Both the position numbers and the translations under genes were made by a program. From NCBI GenBank assembly GCA_036630325.1, contig CP142729.1, positions 930,001 to 994,000 of the forward strand: a stretch of 64,000 bases of DNA, in the 5' to 3' direction. Of this stretch, positions 25,618 through 40,300 are shown piece by piece; within the stretch, counting starts at the first letter, position 1, and the number at the start of each line of letters is the position of its first letter. The notes beneath the pieces were generated by a model. It searched no databases. It saw nothing but the letters and a program-made list of their open reading frames with translations, and had not been told where the DNA came from. This stretch comes from Vairimorpha necatrix (lineage: Eukaryota).

Positions 25618-26811
25618 GGCGCAACGGTCTGAGCCCGGACTTTCCTTATTTTTATTACGTACTGAATCCGGGCACAGACCATAAAGTGGAGAAATATTTA
25701 TACGAAGAATATCCCCAAGAGTCAAAATTTCACGGATTTGTTTATATTTCATTTGGATTCGCATTTCTTACATTAAACTTTTTTATTTTTTAGATGATTT
25801 TTTCAAAAATATTCTACCCTTATGGCATGTCTGGACCACTTGACAGTAGGTCAAAATCTTCCAAGATTCACATGAGGCAATATATTGGCTAATGGATGAA
25901 AATCTACTAAAAACAGCCATATAATGTACAAATGGATCTTTTATAATGGTATTAATTTCGGGATTTATGTACAAAGCCGCCACCAGTTTAAGTGTAGGGG
26001 AAAGAAGGGATGTAAAACATTAATGGGAGTTTTTCATAAAACTTCATTTTTTTTCCGAATACCTATACATATTTATATGTATATTCCGGATATATCTACT
26101 GAAAAACAGTCTACACTAAACCTCAACAAAAATTCACGTGTTTAAGCTTCCAGTGTCTTTTAGGGTTAAAAAAATTATATGAAGCACTGAAAAAAGGAAG
26201 TATCAAACACCAAAAAATAGGGGTTTGAAAAAGTGACTAAAGCCGATGAAACGGTTATTGTAAAGGGGAAATTTGCAAATCAAATAAAAAAGATATGACA
26301 CAGCCCGAAACTGTACATGGTTGGTAGGTACAATAAACGAGCAAACGCAAGAATTGAGAATCGAGATAAAACCTAACCGGACTATCCATGCGATGATTCA
26401 GTTTTTCAAAAAATACATAAAAAAACGAAACGACTTGCATAATTGACATCGTAAAACTTATCCCGCAGCAGTAGAATCATTAACGATTATCATCGCATTG
26501 TAGTATACGATTGCGACTATAAAAACGAAGCAGGAGAGACCACAAATTTAATAGAGGGAGTCTGGTCACGACTTAAATCTAATATAATAGCTAGAAAAGA
26601 GAATAAAGAAAAACCAACTCAGATTTATTGGAGGAATTTAAATAAAGAAGAAGGTGCGCAATATATAAAAATATGAATAGTTGGGGAGAGAATTTCATTG
26701 AAATTATCAAAGTTTCCTCAGAATAAAATGCTTTTATTATTATTGTAGTTTCGTTTCTCTCTAAAGTTCCCCCGAGGAGAGAAAAAAAGTCCGGCCTCGG
26801 ACCGTTGCGCC
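25618..26811 (+). mobile_element. Merlin DNA transposon, decayed
   Basis: TIRs GGCGCAACGGTC(T/C)GAG(C/G)CCGGACTTT; flanks CCTTAAATT/CCTTAATTT. Fragments ADETVI, TWLVGTI, PNRT and TNLIEGVWSRLK. Confidence 0.9.
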
Positions 26812-27052
26812 CCTTAATTTAACCAATTTTTCTCGGATTCATTAAGCCAACCATGCCTCTTCCAAGATCTATTTGTCGCAAAAATCGACCCATTACACAA
26901 AAATTTAATTGTAAGTCTGCCATTTTAAACACTTTTTAATTCAAGAGCCACTGTGGCGTTTTATGTCTATAAATATTTTTTCAAAAAAATCCCATTTTTG
27001 AAAAGTCAAGGCGGCATAAATGATTAAAAAATAAATCACTTTTAAAAAAATT

Positions 27053-27670
27053 GGTACATGATTGTTTGGAACCCTCTTTGAAAAATTCAAAAAAAGGGCA
27101 AAATAAAAAAAATTAATAAAAAAGAGACTTTCGATTTATTTAAAATAATAAAAGAAGAAGATTTATCCGTTGATTAAAGAAAATTTGGAAGGCCCAGATG
27201 AACTGTAAAAATACTCATAGTGTTCGTCTTGGTTTATTCAATGTATGGATAGAATATCTCTTATAGAAATGAGCTAAAACCAACTAAATTATTTGGTATT
27301 ATGACTCAGAATCGCAAGGGGTTACACCATTGATGAGGTGATTCATAATACTGTGTCCATCCCTTTGCTTGTTTAATGTGGCCTCGTATGCTACCCATTG
27401 GTTAGAGATCATAATAGAAACAGGTTATACATTATATTGTATTGCCTTAAGGAAATAGCAATATTTCTACTAGTTACAGAAACGAGCAAAGCGCACGCCG
27501 ATTCTGAATCAGATGTTTTCAAAATAATTTTTTTTTGTTTTCCATGTATAAATACATTTCATTTTTAAAAGACTCATCTGCCTCAACAAATATTGTTTTT
27601 GACAATTTTGCCATTTTTTTAAAAGAGGGTCCTTTAAAATTTCAAAGCGGGTTACAAACGGCCATCTACC
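27053..27670. mobile_element. TIR-bounded non-autonomous element (Merlin-like ends)
   Basis: GGTACATGATTGTTTGGAACCCTCTTTGAAA versus reverse-complement end GGTAGATGGCCGTTTGTAACCCGCTTTGAAA; AAAAATT on both flanks. Confidence 0.55.
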
Positions 27671-27719
27671 AAAAATTCATATAATCTTATTAATATATTA
27701 GGAAACAGTCTTGTTATGG

Positions 27720-28430
27720 ACCTTGCTGAAGTCTCGTTTTTACTTCAATATAATTTTCTTTAATAGTGTGAATATGGGAGCTATTAAGATATTTACAAAC
27801 TATAGTTTATGATTAACAGTTTTATGCTCGGCCGAATTTTCTTTGAATATAGTTTGAGATGGAAAGAGTCATTGTGTATTATTGATTCACAGTAAGTACT
27901 ATTTTTGTTTAATCCTTTAAGAATAGATTTTCTATTTTCACTGAAATCATTTTTGATCTTCTATGTGCAATTCTTTAACCACTCAAAAAATTTAGGCATC
28001 TAGACACGGCGTCATCTGTGGTATAAACTTGAAGAAATTGTCTTTCATCTATTTATAAATTATCCCCGAAATGCTATTTTACAAGATAATTATAAACTGA
28101 TTTTCCTCATTAAAATATTATTTTTTGATTATTTGTCTTATACATTTATGATCAATATTGAGTAATTCTGATTCAGCGGCCTGTTTAACTTTCCAAGACC
28201 ATACTTTATTTTCTAACAAAATATCTAAAATACTTCGTATTGTAATTTAATGGGTGTCTTTTGATAATGACACTTTGATTCTCCGAGCTTTCCAAACAAC
28301 TATAGCTACAAAATTATTTTTTGTAGTTTTTTTTGTTTCAGCATCGCATTTTGGACACTTCACAGTCTTCTTTACATTTGCCATTATTTAATTGTTCATG
28401 AGCTTTATCTCTCGACATTTCATCTTTGGG
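27720..28430 (-). pseudogene. Merlin transposase remnant
   Basis: Fragments VKCPKCD, IHNDSF and EHKTVNH; CCCC motif before a putative ATG. Confidence 0.55.
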
Positions 28431-28869
28431 GAAAAAATGACAAATTTACTTTAATGCCTTTTTTGACCACGAAGGTCCAAAAACTTAATAACCTTTATGT
28501 GTAACATATATATTAATATAATAACGAAATAAATATATCGCGCGATAACAAGAAAAGGTCTAGAGGCTAATCCAACTTCCTAATTAGTTATAGAATATTA
28601 CGTGAAGTTTTTTTCGCAAGCGATGAAAAAGTATAATTAAATTAGCAATATAATAACAAATAAATTTTGTTTGTATGCTACGAAAACATTAAACTATAAA
28701 GAACTAAATACATTTTATGTGTATAGACAATTTAAGTTCGAACGACATAAAAATACTTAAACAGCTATTTGAAAACATAATCTTTATATTGCACATCACA
28801 ACAAATAAGTATGAAAAATTAGAGGTGAAATTTCGCAGAATTGACCTCCATGAGATCTAATGAATATAA

Positions 28870-31800
28870 TGTTATATATTCTAACATTTCCGAACCCCCA
28901 ATTATGGAAAATAAATACATGGGTTCGATACTAAATCGTGAGTTAACAAGTGTTGGCTGTGGCCAAGAGGCCATAAAAATTCTGCAGGATTATGAGAACA
29001 TGTTAAAGAAATCTGAGTTATTGAGTGTAAAAGCGATGAAGATTTGAAGAAAATTATTTTTGAAAAGGGAAGTTTAGAGCTGAAAATTTTTATGGTTATG
29101 AATATAAGTTTAGAGGATCATCATGACATGATAGGAATACAACTAAAAGAGATTGTAAAAGATTATGAAGATGGAGAAGGGAGATTTAGAATGATTGAAG
29201 AGGTCACAAAGAATTTGACAAAAGGTATATATACAGAGTAGATAGTGCGTAGGAGACGGCATGTGAGGTCTATGAGATGTTTTTATTGTGAAAGTGTAGG
29301 ACAATAAAGTAATAGATGTTATAATAGATACAGAGAGGAGAGGAATAAACAAGAATGTGAGAAGATATATCAAGAGGACAGTAGCAGCAGCGATGAAAGA
29401 TATTAGGAATACTTGGGCCGTAAAAAACGAAAGAAACAGATAGAGGATAGGTTGGATCACTATGGGAACAAACTAGAAAAGTAGAAGAGATCAAGAAGAG
29501 AAATTACGAGACGACAGCATTTAAAGGGTCAACTTTAGAAGATGTTAATAAGAAATTTAAAACCGTTATTGATGAAAAATAAGGAAAGAATTAAATATCG
29601 TAGAATAGAGAAATATGAAATAAAGACCGAAGCATAAAAAAGTCGTGCAGAAGGGACAGATGATTCCTCAAGCGCATAAAATGATCTATTTTAACACATA
29701 GAGGATTTAGAAGAAAGAAATGTGATTAAAAGATCAACTTCTGAATGGAGGAATCCGATAAAGGCTATAATTAAGCCGAATGGTAGCATACGTTTAGTCA
29801 GTAATCTTATTGCACTAGACGATTTAGTAGAAAAGGATCATATGAGCTATGCAACATCAGGGATATTATTAGGTTTACGCAAGTCATGAAGATTATGAGC
29901 GTTATTGACCTTAAAGAAGCCTTTATGGGTGTTGAGATAGAAGAAGCTTATAAGCACAAGACCGCGTTTGAGTTAATAAGAAAGTATACGAGTGGAACAG
30001 CATGGTCATGGGGTTTGAAAATTCGCCACAGATCATGCAAAAGATTATGAATAAGATTTTTGAAAAATATTTGGGAAGAGGTATAGAAGTTTACATGGAT
30101 GATATTGTGATACACGCCAAGACTAGAGAAGAACACGACAGATTGTTTTTAGAGACAATGACGCTGTTAGAAGAGAATAACATGAGATTAAACTCGAAGA
30201 AGATATAGCATTGTCAATCAGAAGTTAAATTATTGGGAGTAACATTGAATGGAAAGGATATGATGCCATTTGAGATGAAAAAGAATGAGGCATTAGAGTT
30301 ACCCAGAGCCACAAAATGTAATAGACGTAAGTAGATTTTTTAGGATTAAGTGTTAATTCACAGGATTTATAGAAGAAACGATTCACATGACAGATTGCCG
30401 AAGAGGGAAAAACAAAAGTTAACATTGGACTGAGGAGTTGGATATTGAATTTGAGAATATAAAAAAAGTGCTCAAGAAAAAGGGAAATTGAGGATTGTTA
30501 ATTACGAGAAAGAATTTTATTAAGAACGAATGCGAGTAATATTGGTATGGGAGCTGTATAAATGCAGAAAAATTAAAAAGAAAAATGGGTGCTTCTTTGT
30601 TATGCGATCGGACACCAAGACCCCCCTTGTAAAGGAAAAAAATATGAAAAAACGGTAAAAAATATATAAATTTGATTTAATTATGTAAATTATATAATAA
30701 ATCAACATAACAGTCTTAAAACTCTTCTAAATTGTCCCCTCTACAAAACTTTTCCTAAATATAAATTCATTGAGCCATAAATCAATTTCATTACGCTTAA
30801 CTCCATGTTCTTTGGTCATTTCAGATTTTAGCTGCGACCATACATTCTCAATGTTATTGGTATGAGTACCATCTGTAGATTTAAACCCGATAGAGTGGTT
30901 TACTACCTTATGTTCAAGACAAAGATTTCGTGCTACACTTGGATAACTCGGATGACCATCACTATGTAAAAATCGAACCAACGCCTATTTTACCTTCTAG
31001 AGCAGCTGTTAAACACTCGACTTTCCTATTATCCACCACTGTAATGTAAAAGTTCGTAGGATTAGATGCTTCTACTATACCTAGTATTCAAACAGTATCA
31101 AGGATTATATCATCAAACTTGTTGGATTTCGTTTTTTACCTCTTCTACAAATTACAGACTCATCAACTTGGACAATTTTTCCTGATCCACCAATAATAAG
31201 CATCTTTGATTTTGTTTTTAAAATTTCTCTAATTCTTTTTTTTTTGCATCGGAAACTGTTGATGAAGAAACTCCTAGTTTTGCCTCTAAAGTAAAATAAC
31301 TACTCCTACACAAAATTAAAAATATTAATTCACAAAAATTATATAAAGGTAACTTGCTTCCTTTGTTAACTGATATTTTAGCACTGCAATTATTATTAGA
31401 ACAACTGTAACCACTCTTTTAACCTCTCTCTCCTTATATAATACAACATTAAAATCTCATTGCATTTAAAGCACGTCTTTTGCTCTTTCGAGACTTCTAA
31501 CTCAAGTAATATGTTTAAACAGTCGTCACAACCATAGAAAAGCCTTTGTATTGCCTTTATTTTGATTTTCGTGCTTTTATTTGATATGCGATCAGAAATT
31601 TTAAAGTCACTATTTTCCATTTTTAGGGGTCAGAATTTTTTTTAAAAAAAATCTGATCGCATACCAAAGAAGCTCCGAAAAATGAGTGCCTGTATAAAGG
31701 GCATCAAGAAAATTTACTCCGACTATATCTAGATACGAAATTGGCGAGAAAGAGATATATGCTGTATTTTGGGGCAAAATGAAATTTGAGTATGAACTAA

Positions 31801-33111
31801 GAGGAAGAAGGTTTAAAGTTAAAACTGATCATAAGGCTTTCGCAGAAATAAGGAGAAAGCCATGTTTTAATAATAATGGAATTAACAGTAATAAGAGATG
31901 ATTCAAGTGTTCGATTTTGAGATTGAATATAGGCAACCCGACCAGATGGTTGTTGCGATGCATTGAGCAGAATCCATGAGGAAAATGAACCGAAGAGAGA
32001 AATGATAAGACGAAGAGCAGAGAAACAGATAGCGGGAAAATGGTTAAAGCACGTTGAGAAGGTCGGGGACAAAGAGTACTGGAATTTTGATTCTGGTCGT
32101 AGGGCGGAATGCCCGCATTAGGTGATAGGTTAGAGTTCATGAAGAGGTCCCACGAAGAACAGACCTACAGAAAACTAGGAAGTGTTTATTATGCTATAAA
32201 ATTTAACTATTATTGAACGGTAAATGAAGAATATATAAAGATTATGATAAAAAAATGTGATGAGTGCCAAAAATACAATCGAAAAAATCAGGGGGATGAG
32301 ATTTAATTGCAACAAGTAGATACCTAGAAAAGGTGGCAATGGATTTAAACGATTATAGAGATTTGGGGAAATTCGTTTTAGTGTTATTGATTACTATACA
32401 AGAGTCGCATGGGGTTGAGTGTTGAAAGATAAGCGTGCTAGCTCGTTAACTGGATATATAGAATATTTGTGTGGAAATGTCAAAAGACCAGAAGAAATCA
32501 TATCTGACAAGAAAAGAGAATTTGCAAATGAGGAATTTAGAGAGTTATTCAGAAAGTTGGATATAACCTACAAGAATATCAGTATTGAATCACATAGAAG
32601 AAATGTAAGAGTTGGAAGCGTCATAGGTACGTTAAGAAAATCTGTTTTAAAAATGAATCCCAAAAATAGCTTTAAAATAAGAGTTATGAAGGCACATAAG
32701 ATATGTAATAATAGTTACCATGAAGGTCTAAGATGCACACTATTTATGGCAGTTAAAGATAAACGGGCAATGTAATACCGAGAAATGGACCAGAAAATGA
32801 TTATAGCAAGCGATTAAAAAATATGTAGAGAAAAGTTCGTCGAAGGGCGGAGAGTGCAAGTTACAAAGAAAGAAAATTTAAAAGGGTGCAATAAGTATAA
32901 AAAGGGTTATTTGGGGATATCAGGATTATCAAAATTGTGTGTCCTTGGGATTCTTATATAGTGAAATTAATGAATGGACGATTAGTAAAAAGAGGCATTA
33001 TGACCTAAAAGATCTGCTTAGAGTTGATGATGACATAGGATACTAACCATCTTGGAGAGAGGATGTTACATATTCTTATATTCTGAACCCAAATTACAAA
33101 AAATAAATACA
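28870..33111 (+). mobile_element. Ty3/gypsy element with ~49-bp LTRs (relative of 8624-11745), decayed, interrupted by Merlin
   Basis: LTRs 28870-28919 and 33064-33111, PPT GGAGAGAGGA, MGFENSPQ/YMDDI, integrase. TSD not clearly matched. Confidence 0.9.
30588..31676 (-). mobile_element. Merlin DNA transposon inserted in Ty3 RNase H
   Basis: TIRs GGTGCTTCTTTGTTATGCGATC, perfect 8-bp TSD GAAAAATG; VQVDES, HSDGHPSY, VNHS, HTNNIENVWSQLK. Confidence 0.95.
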
Positions 33112-33699
33112 ATTATTATACCACACTTGTGATTTCCCCCTTAATTTGTCTATGATAAAAAATTAGGCTTAATGTCCTAAATCGTTTTATACGGCATAAT
33201 TATTTCAGCTACTCTTATTTTTACATCCAAGTACTCAATCACCTCCTACGCAGAGTGATTCTATATTTTCCCACATGTTATCATTTCTTAATTAAACACC
33301 AGTTGTAGATGTGTGAAAAACAATTTTCATAGCCACCTCGCAATGGTCGTTTGGAGAGTTCTATCATAACAAGTAGCCATATTTTGACTGACTTTTTTTT
33401 CTGATCATTATATGCATCTTAACTGTTCTCTGAGAGAATAGTTTTATCTTGTAAAGTACATCATTGTCATCTTCTCTTTGCTTGTTAGATGAAAAAAAAT
33501 TTCTTTCGATGTTGAATACAGTAAATGAGAATAGACAACCGTGGTAGATATATTTTGTAAATACTATATACAAGAAGATCAAATAAGATTTATTACTCCC
33601 TATAAGGATATACAGATCGAAAGGGTGCTTATTTTATAGTTTTACACACCAAAATGAAAAAAAAAATTTGATAAACGTAGAATCAGATAGAATAGTTTA

Positions 33700-34200
33700 G
33701 TTATTTAAAATGTAAAAATAGATTGATCAGATTTATGACATTTGATACTGTGATTTGAAGCATCATGTCAATGGAAGAAAAACGATTCAAAAAAACTTTA
33801 TAATGACATGAAACTTGAAGCTATGGTGATAAAGCAACATTTATTACTGATCAACAGATTATAACAGGAGAAAGGCAAGATACAGCAATTCGAAAATGAA
33901 TTAAAAATTTTAGATGTGCCAGAAATACAATCGAAAGACGCGTGACGAAATTTTTTTATGCGTAGAATAGGATCAGCAAAAAAAAAGTGATTGACTTAAT
34001 TTATCCAAAGCCAAAGAGGGTTGACTTAAGGCAATTGATCATAAGTCAAATCGAAAACATTAAGAGTTGTTAGCGAAGAAGGTACAAGTATAGTAAATTT
34101 TACAAATATTTGTGCAATATGTAAGCTGGCTGAAATACTATCAAATATCTACAGAGAGTGTAACCCGACAGTTGGGATAAAAATTTAATTTTAATCATTA
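33700..34200 (+). pseudogene. Possible gag remnant
   Basis: KKVIDLIYPK resembles KRLLDIVYPP of the outer LTR element (~2425); heavily decayed. Confidence 0.3.
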
Positions 34201-34887
34201 AACAAATTTTTAAGTTTTAGGTTATATTACAAGAGTAAATCAGAAATAGCTGCAAGCTAAACAATAAATAGTGTGTTCAAAGATTTCGTATTATTAATAC
34301 CATTTCTTTTTTTCTTTATCAAATTGCACTCCTTGAAAATTGTCCATAAGGCTTTTTATTTACTTTATTTTTTTATCAATGATTCTCAATCTTTACCTTG
34401 ATGTTATCATTAGTTGAGATTCAACAACAATTCCCTTGGAAGACTAGTTAAGAAGACCTTTAAGTCCAGGATAATCGCTATTCATTAAGATGTCGCATGT
34501 GTATATAACTAAAATTTAATACATTAGGCTAAATTGAATCTTATTATCTCGTAGGTAGAATCCTCGAGACATGCCAAAAGCAACAAAAAAAAATTTTAAG
34601 TTTATTTTTTTTACCCTACAAGGTAGAGGCAAGAAAACCTTACATGGGGACCAAAGGAATACAGGCATGATTCTTATCAAACTAGTACTGTATGATTCTT
34701 ACTCACTAAAACTCATTCCATACAACAACAGGGCTGGAAACTCCGCCGTATTCATTCTACTTTGCTCCAGAAACACTTTCCATTTATACCACATATCTTG
34801 TTTAGAAGGAAAACATAACGATTAATATAATCGACGTGTTTTAATGCCCCCCCCCCCCCAAAAAAAAAAAAAAAACGTTATTATTTT

Positions 34888-35389
34888 AGCTCATTGGTCT
34901 ACGGTCATCTGTATGCACACAAGGATCCTTACACTGCCACATCTTCAGCCCGACATTTACAATGCCCTGCGTTGGTCATCAGTTCCCTACTAGTTTTGGC
35001 CATCTTGTTACAGAATATTATAAAATTTTACCTGACCTTTTATTGTACCCACCTCGTCTACTTTATTAGTTTTCTCTAGGACCTACCCATAGCGTCTACC
35101 GCCACAGTCTTCAACTGTTTCGTACCCATCAGAATCTTAATTGTATCATTTGGTTACCACGAGGGTAATACTGTTTTGGCCTTGAGGTGCGTTTCTACGC
35201 TAGATGTATATCCCTTTGTGGTTGTACACACATAAATTCTATTAAATCAACTTTAATATTATCGTGACATTTTTATAGTCTGAGTTGTTCCAACTACATT
35301 ATAGAAGTTAAAACAATTTTGAACTCCTGAAATTCAAACTCAGCCATTGCTTAGAAAAAGCATCGACTTTGAACACTGGGCAGGGCTCC
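34888..35389 (-). ncRNA. tRNA-headed structured RNA module, copy C3 (3'-truncated)
   Basis: Head 35320-35389 has T-arm CTGAG-TTTGAAT-TTCAG; body collinear with C1/C2; ends next to a C-run/A-run. Confidence 0.55.
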
Positions 35390-35429
35390 TTTTCAATTAT
35401 TACATTAAAGAACTGGTTACTTTAAAATT

Positions 35430-36650
35430 TAAAAATCTACAGATCTTAAATTTGTTAAACCTATTTCAGTTAGCTTCTAAATGTGCGCCCCTTGAACCGG
35501 TTTCTGAGATGGTTAATAGCAGTTGTTTCATTATTTTCCACACCTACTGTCAAATCTGTAGGTAGATAGAAAAAGAGGCTAGGCGATAACATTTCAAATA
35601 AAAATTCAAGTGCATACTCATGCTTCCCTTCCTCAGTCATCACTCTTCCTACAATATAAAGTATATATGGATCATAGACTTCGCTTTAAAGGTCACAATT
35701 ACAATACTCTAATTCCTTCAAGATGCATTTTAAAGAGAGTTTGATGACAACTGTCTCGTTATGACATTTGTAAATATTTTTTATTGCGTCATTATTTTTT
35801 CTTTAATATCGTGCCACTTGTAAGATCTAGCAGCAAGAATATTCTGCTTGCTGGGAACCATAGATTTTTTTGAGATCTTTGAACACATCTATGTGTTCTC
35901 GGTGATCTCATATATATGCGCAATCTGAAGGTTGACACCATCATTTAAAGAATCAAACTTTACTAATGGTCCTAAAATTTTGAAAACTCCGAGCGCATCT
36001 GTAAATTTTCTCTCCTTTTTGTAACAGATCCCTATTCTGTACATAATTTCGAGTACTTTCGGGAGTTCCACGTCGGCAGATAGGATTAGGATAAACCACT
36101 CCGGGACAAAACAAAGTTTTTTAAAAGATCGTAATTAATCGTAAACCCTAGAAGAGGAATACATCATACTACGATGTATTTAATATGATAAAAAATTATC
36201 GTAGGCTTCTACGATCTAACCCGTCTTTTACAAAATGTGCCCTTCTAAAATAGTGGCACATATCTGTTTCGGGTCCACGGATCTAATTTTATCTACTATC
36301 TCTTTTGTCAATTCTAAATTGTCCTGTTGCAAGAAGCATTTCCCAAGAACGTAGAGAGAATTTATGTTCTTGGGATTGACCAATAATGCTTCATTACAAC
36401 ATTTAGTGGACTCCCGTATGTTAAGATATATCTTATTTTTATGGCTTCGAACCTTCTTACTTTTTTCAAGGTTTTCGAATGCCATCTCCATTTGTAAGTA
36501 ATTGGCTTGCTTCGTAATACAAAACCTGTGTTAAAGGCGTCTTTATATATATTTGGTACTTATTAACCAGTACTTATTTTGGTAATTTTCTTTTTGGGCA
36601 TTTTAGTTCAATTGTTGTATTTTGTCCTTTTCCAATCGAAAAGCAGGGGC
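35430..36650 (-). pseudogene. TPR (Ssn6/Cyc8-like) pseudogene, copy T2, without the retro-insertion
   Basis: ORFs 36228-36491 and 35889-36071; homologous to T1 and T3. Confidence 0.7.
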
Positions 36651-37316
36651 TAAAAAAAAGATATTTTTTAGAAAGTTCATTGATGTGTTTGACAGATCAA
36701 AAGTATTACTCTTTAGTCAAAAAAATCTTTCAAAGATGTCGGTTAAATTATCTAAATAGAAACAACGTAGGATTCAACACATTTTTTGTATATATTCAAG
36801 AAGTCGCTAGTCTATCCAATTGAAAGATACATGAGAAAAACCAATTGATTTTGGGAACAAAAATCTGATATAAAAAAATCAATTATGCAAAAATAAACTT
36901 GTTTAAAATTTATTTTATGAATTTTATTATAAAGTCTTCCCGAAATTTACATCTATTCATATTGTATTTTCTTTTTGTAAAAACCATACATTCATATTTT
37001 AAATTTCTCCTGTCTGAGTGCGACTCTCTAAAACATATAAACAAATAAACATAAAACTCGTTTTTAGTAATGTTAATTTTTGTCAAATTTCAAATAAAAT
37101 TCTTTTATTAAGAGGGTATTATTCAATGGGTATGTCTAAGGAGAAAAGGTAAATAATCAATATGTTGAAGTTTAAACAAATTGCTTTTTCTTTGTACTTT
37201 AATTTTATAGAATCAATAATATAATTACGAACAATAATTCCTTTTTATTGAACAAAAGCTTCAAGCACATTGGATTTTTATCAATATAAGTAAATGATCA
37301 GGGCGGTTTTTATGTA

Positions 37317-40300
37317 TGTGGTATGTACTCTTCTGGAATATTTATTCTTAATTATTGTACCCCTTAATTTATGATAAATGTTTACAGACAATAATTTGGC
37401 GACAACGAATGGAAATTTGTTTGGGATAAAGTTTTATGAGAGGACAGAAGATGATCCTGATACTTTTTTGAAGACTTTAAGATGTTATGAAGGGGTATAA
37501 TAAGTAGAGAAGTCAGCTCTTATTTGGGTTTTGGGGGCTGCCCTAAGAGGGGAAGCGGAACTATGGGTTAAGACAGTTTCATTTGAGTGTTTATTTGAGG
37601 AGCTGCTTAGTTAATTTTTTGTGAGATTTAAGGGGAAACGTCGGCGTGAGATCAATTAAGGAAATTGTTTGGACAAAATTTCAAGGAGGTCTATTATGAG
37701 TTATTTGGACAAGATGAATGGGTTGTCGCAACGTGCCGGAACACCAGAGGATGTTCTGGGAACGTTTGTGATCAACGGATTATTAGAGAATATAGGAAAT
37801 AGTATCATGTTAAATTTTCCGAAAAGTTGTCGTGGTCGTACATATATAATATTTGTAGTGGGATACAGTGGCAGAAGATAAAAGCTGAGGGTATGTCACC
37901 CAATGTCTATAAGTTGATGCAGTTAAGAATGCAAAGTTTGCGTCTAAATTATGATATATAGGGACGCCAGAGACGGGAAGGTAAGATGTTTCTATTACGG
38001 TAAGTTGGGTCATTTCAAGAGACAATGTTTTAATCTGCAGAAGAAAATTGCATCCATTATGGAATCTGGCACGGAGAGGAATGAGGAAAAGGAAGCGGAA
38101 GATAGTTTTAATAAAAGCAATATAGTTTATGCTACTTCTATGAAAGCTGATGTGTTTGCATTAGACTCGTTCCCGATAGTTCATATAAAAGGGAGAAAAC
38201 AGTTATAAAGCATTGTTAGATTCGGGTTCTGCGGTAAATGTAATTTGTAGAGAAAAATACAAGAAAAAATTAACTTTATGGGTACTGATGTGGTTTTAAA
38301 GTCGGCAGGAGAAGATAAAATGGGTGTTTTAAATAATGTTAGGTTGTCCTTCTGGTGGAATGATACATAGTTTACAGAAGAATTTATTGTTGTTACCAAA
38401 ATAGGTTATGAAATAATTTTGGAAAGACCGTTTTGAAGAAGGAACAAACTGACATTATCATGGAAGAAGGGATTTGAGGTCTTCAGTATTGATGTGTGTA
38501 TAAATAAGTTAGGAGAACATTATTAACACATGAAATGCTGCTCCAGTTGTGACGCCGATATATAGGAATTGTATGTCATTAGAGGACTATATAAAGAAGA
38601 AAATTATAGAGTATTTAAAACAGGAAATTATTAAACCCCCCAAGAGTTCATGGATGAGTCCGGTGGTAATGATTTAGAAGAAAGAAGTGGGTTGGAGAAT
38701 GTGTATAGATTATAGGAGATTTAATGATGTTACAGTGTCAGACACTTATCCCATGCCAAGGATCGATGAGTTGATAGATCAGTAAACGAAGCTCGGTTTT
38801 TTGCAAAGTTGGATGCTTTATTGGGGTATCATCAAATTAAAATGAGTGAGAAAGATGTAGAGAATACGGCATTAATGTAGAGAAGGTTTTTTGAAGTTTT
38901 TAAGAATGCCATTTAGATTAAAATTGGGCCGGCAACATTCCAGCGAGCAATGAATAATGTATTAAGAGAGTTTATTGGTAAATGTGTGATTGTGTACATG
39001 GATGATATTTTAATTTACAGTCAGAATAAGGAAGCGCACTTAGTGCATTGAAAGGAAGTGTTAACATTATTAGATGAGGCTGATTTGAATTTAAATGCGT
39101 CAAAATGTGAATACAGAAAATAAGAGCTAAAGATTGTAAGAGTAACAGTGGGAAGAATGGGATTAGAATTAATGATGATAGGATTAAGAAAATTGTAGAT
39201 ATGCCTCTGCCCACGTCAAGGAAAAATTTGGAATCGTTTTTGGGATTAATTAATTAATGCGTCAATTTTTGAGAAATGTATTTGAGCACAGAGTATTTAT
39301 ATGGTTTACTGAAGAAGGGAAATGAAGGGAAGTTTTTGACGATTGAGTATGATGAGAAATACAAGAGATCAATAGATGCGCTTTAGAAGTTGGGGAAACA
39401 ATATGGTTGGAGTTGGCCAGAAGGAGAGGGGAATTCATTTTAGACACGGACGCTCTGGTGTTAGGGAGAAAGGCGATTTTATCACAGATACAGGATGGAG
39501 AAGAGAAAATTGTATTAGGTTTTTTAGTAAGGTTCATTCAAAACCGGAAAGGAACTATTCTGCTCTAGAAAAGAATTGTTGGCTGTAAATAAGGCATTAA
39601 CAGATTTAACACCGCATTTATTTGGGAAAGTTTGAGCTACGAACGAATCAACAAGGATTGTTTCGGTTGTTTTCGTCCCGAAATATGAAGGGAAGATTAT
39701 CATGATGGTCATTATTATTACAAGAATATGATTTTGGAATAAAACACATTATAGTGGAGAAAATCCAGCGGATGTATAAAGTAGAACTGCTTGTGTTGAT
39801 GCAGTATTAGAGGATAAGGAAGTGTCAGTGGAAGAGGTTCTTAAGAAACATGAGATGTTAGCACATGGTTCAGCAAAGACGCTTGTTATGTTTTGAAAGG
39901 TGATCAAAGAGAGGTAGCAGAAACCCAGGTTCGAGATATACTTAAGAATTATAAGATTTGTCATTAGATAAGCGTTCTGAAGTTTAAAAAGTCAAATTAT
40001 AGTATTTAATCATTAGATTCTTTTAAATTCTGGGAGATTATATAGTTGGTCAATTAAGATTAAATTCAGAAGGAAACAAGTTTATTTTAACAATGATAGA
40101 TCATTGGACAAATATGGCTGAGTGTGTAAGGGAGAAGTCAAAAGATATGGGAGTTATTGTTGAACCAATTGAACGATAGATATAGAAAAAATATGGCATA
40201 CCTTAAAAGATTTTGTCGAGTAACGATAAGGAGTTCAAGAATAGAACGACGGAGGCACGGGCCAATAAGCATGGATTTAAATGGGTTTTTATATCCTTAT

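Noticed and set aside
34847-34875. C-run followed by A-run
   Set aside because: Resembles Merlin subterminal C/A runs, but no TIR partner was found; homopolymer length is unreliable.
34970-34985. Hammerhead core CTGATGA in copy C3
   Set aside because: Not conserved in the other four copies; no matching GAAA core seen.
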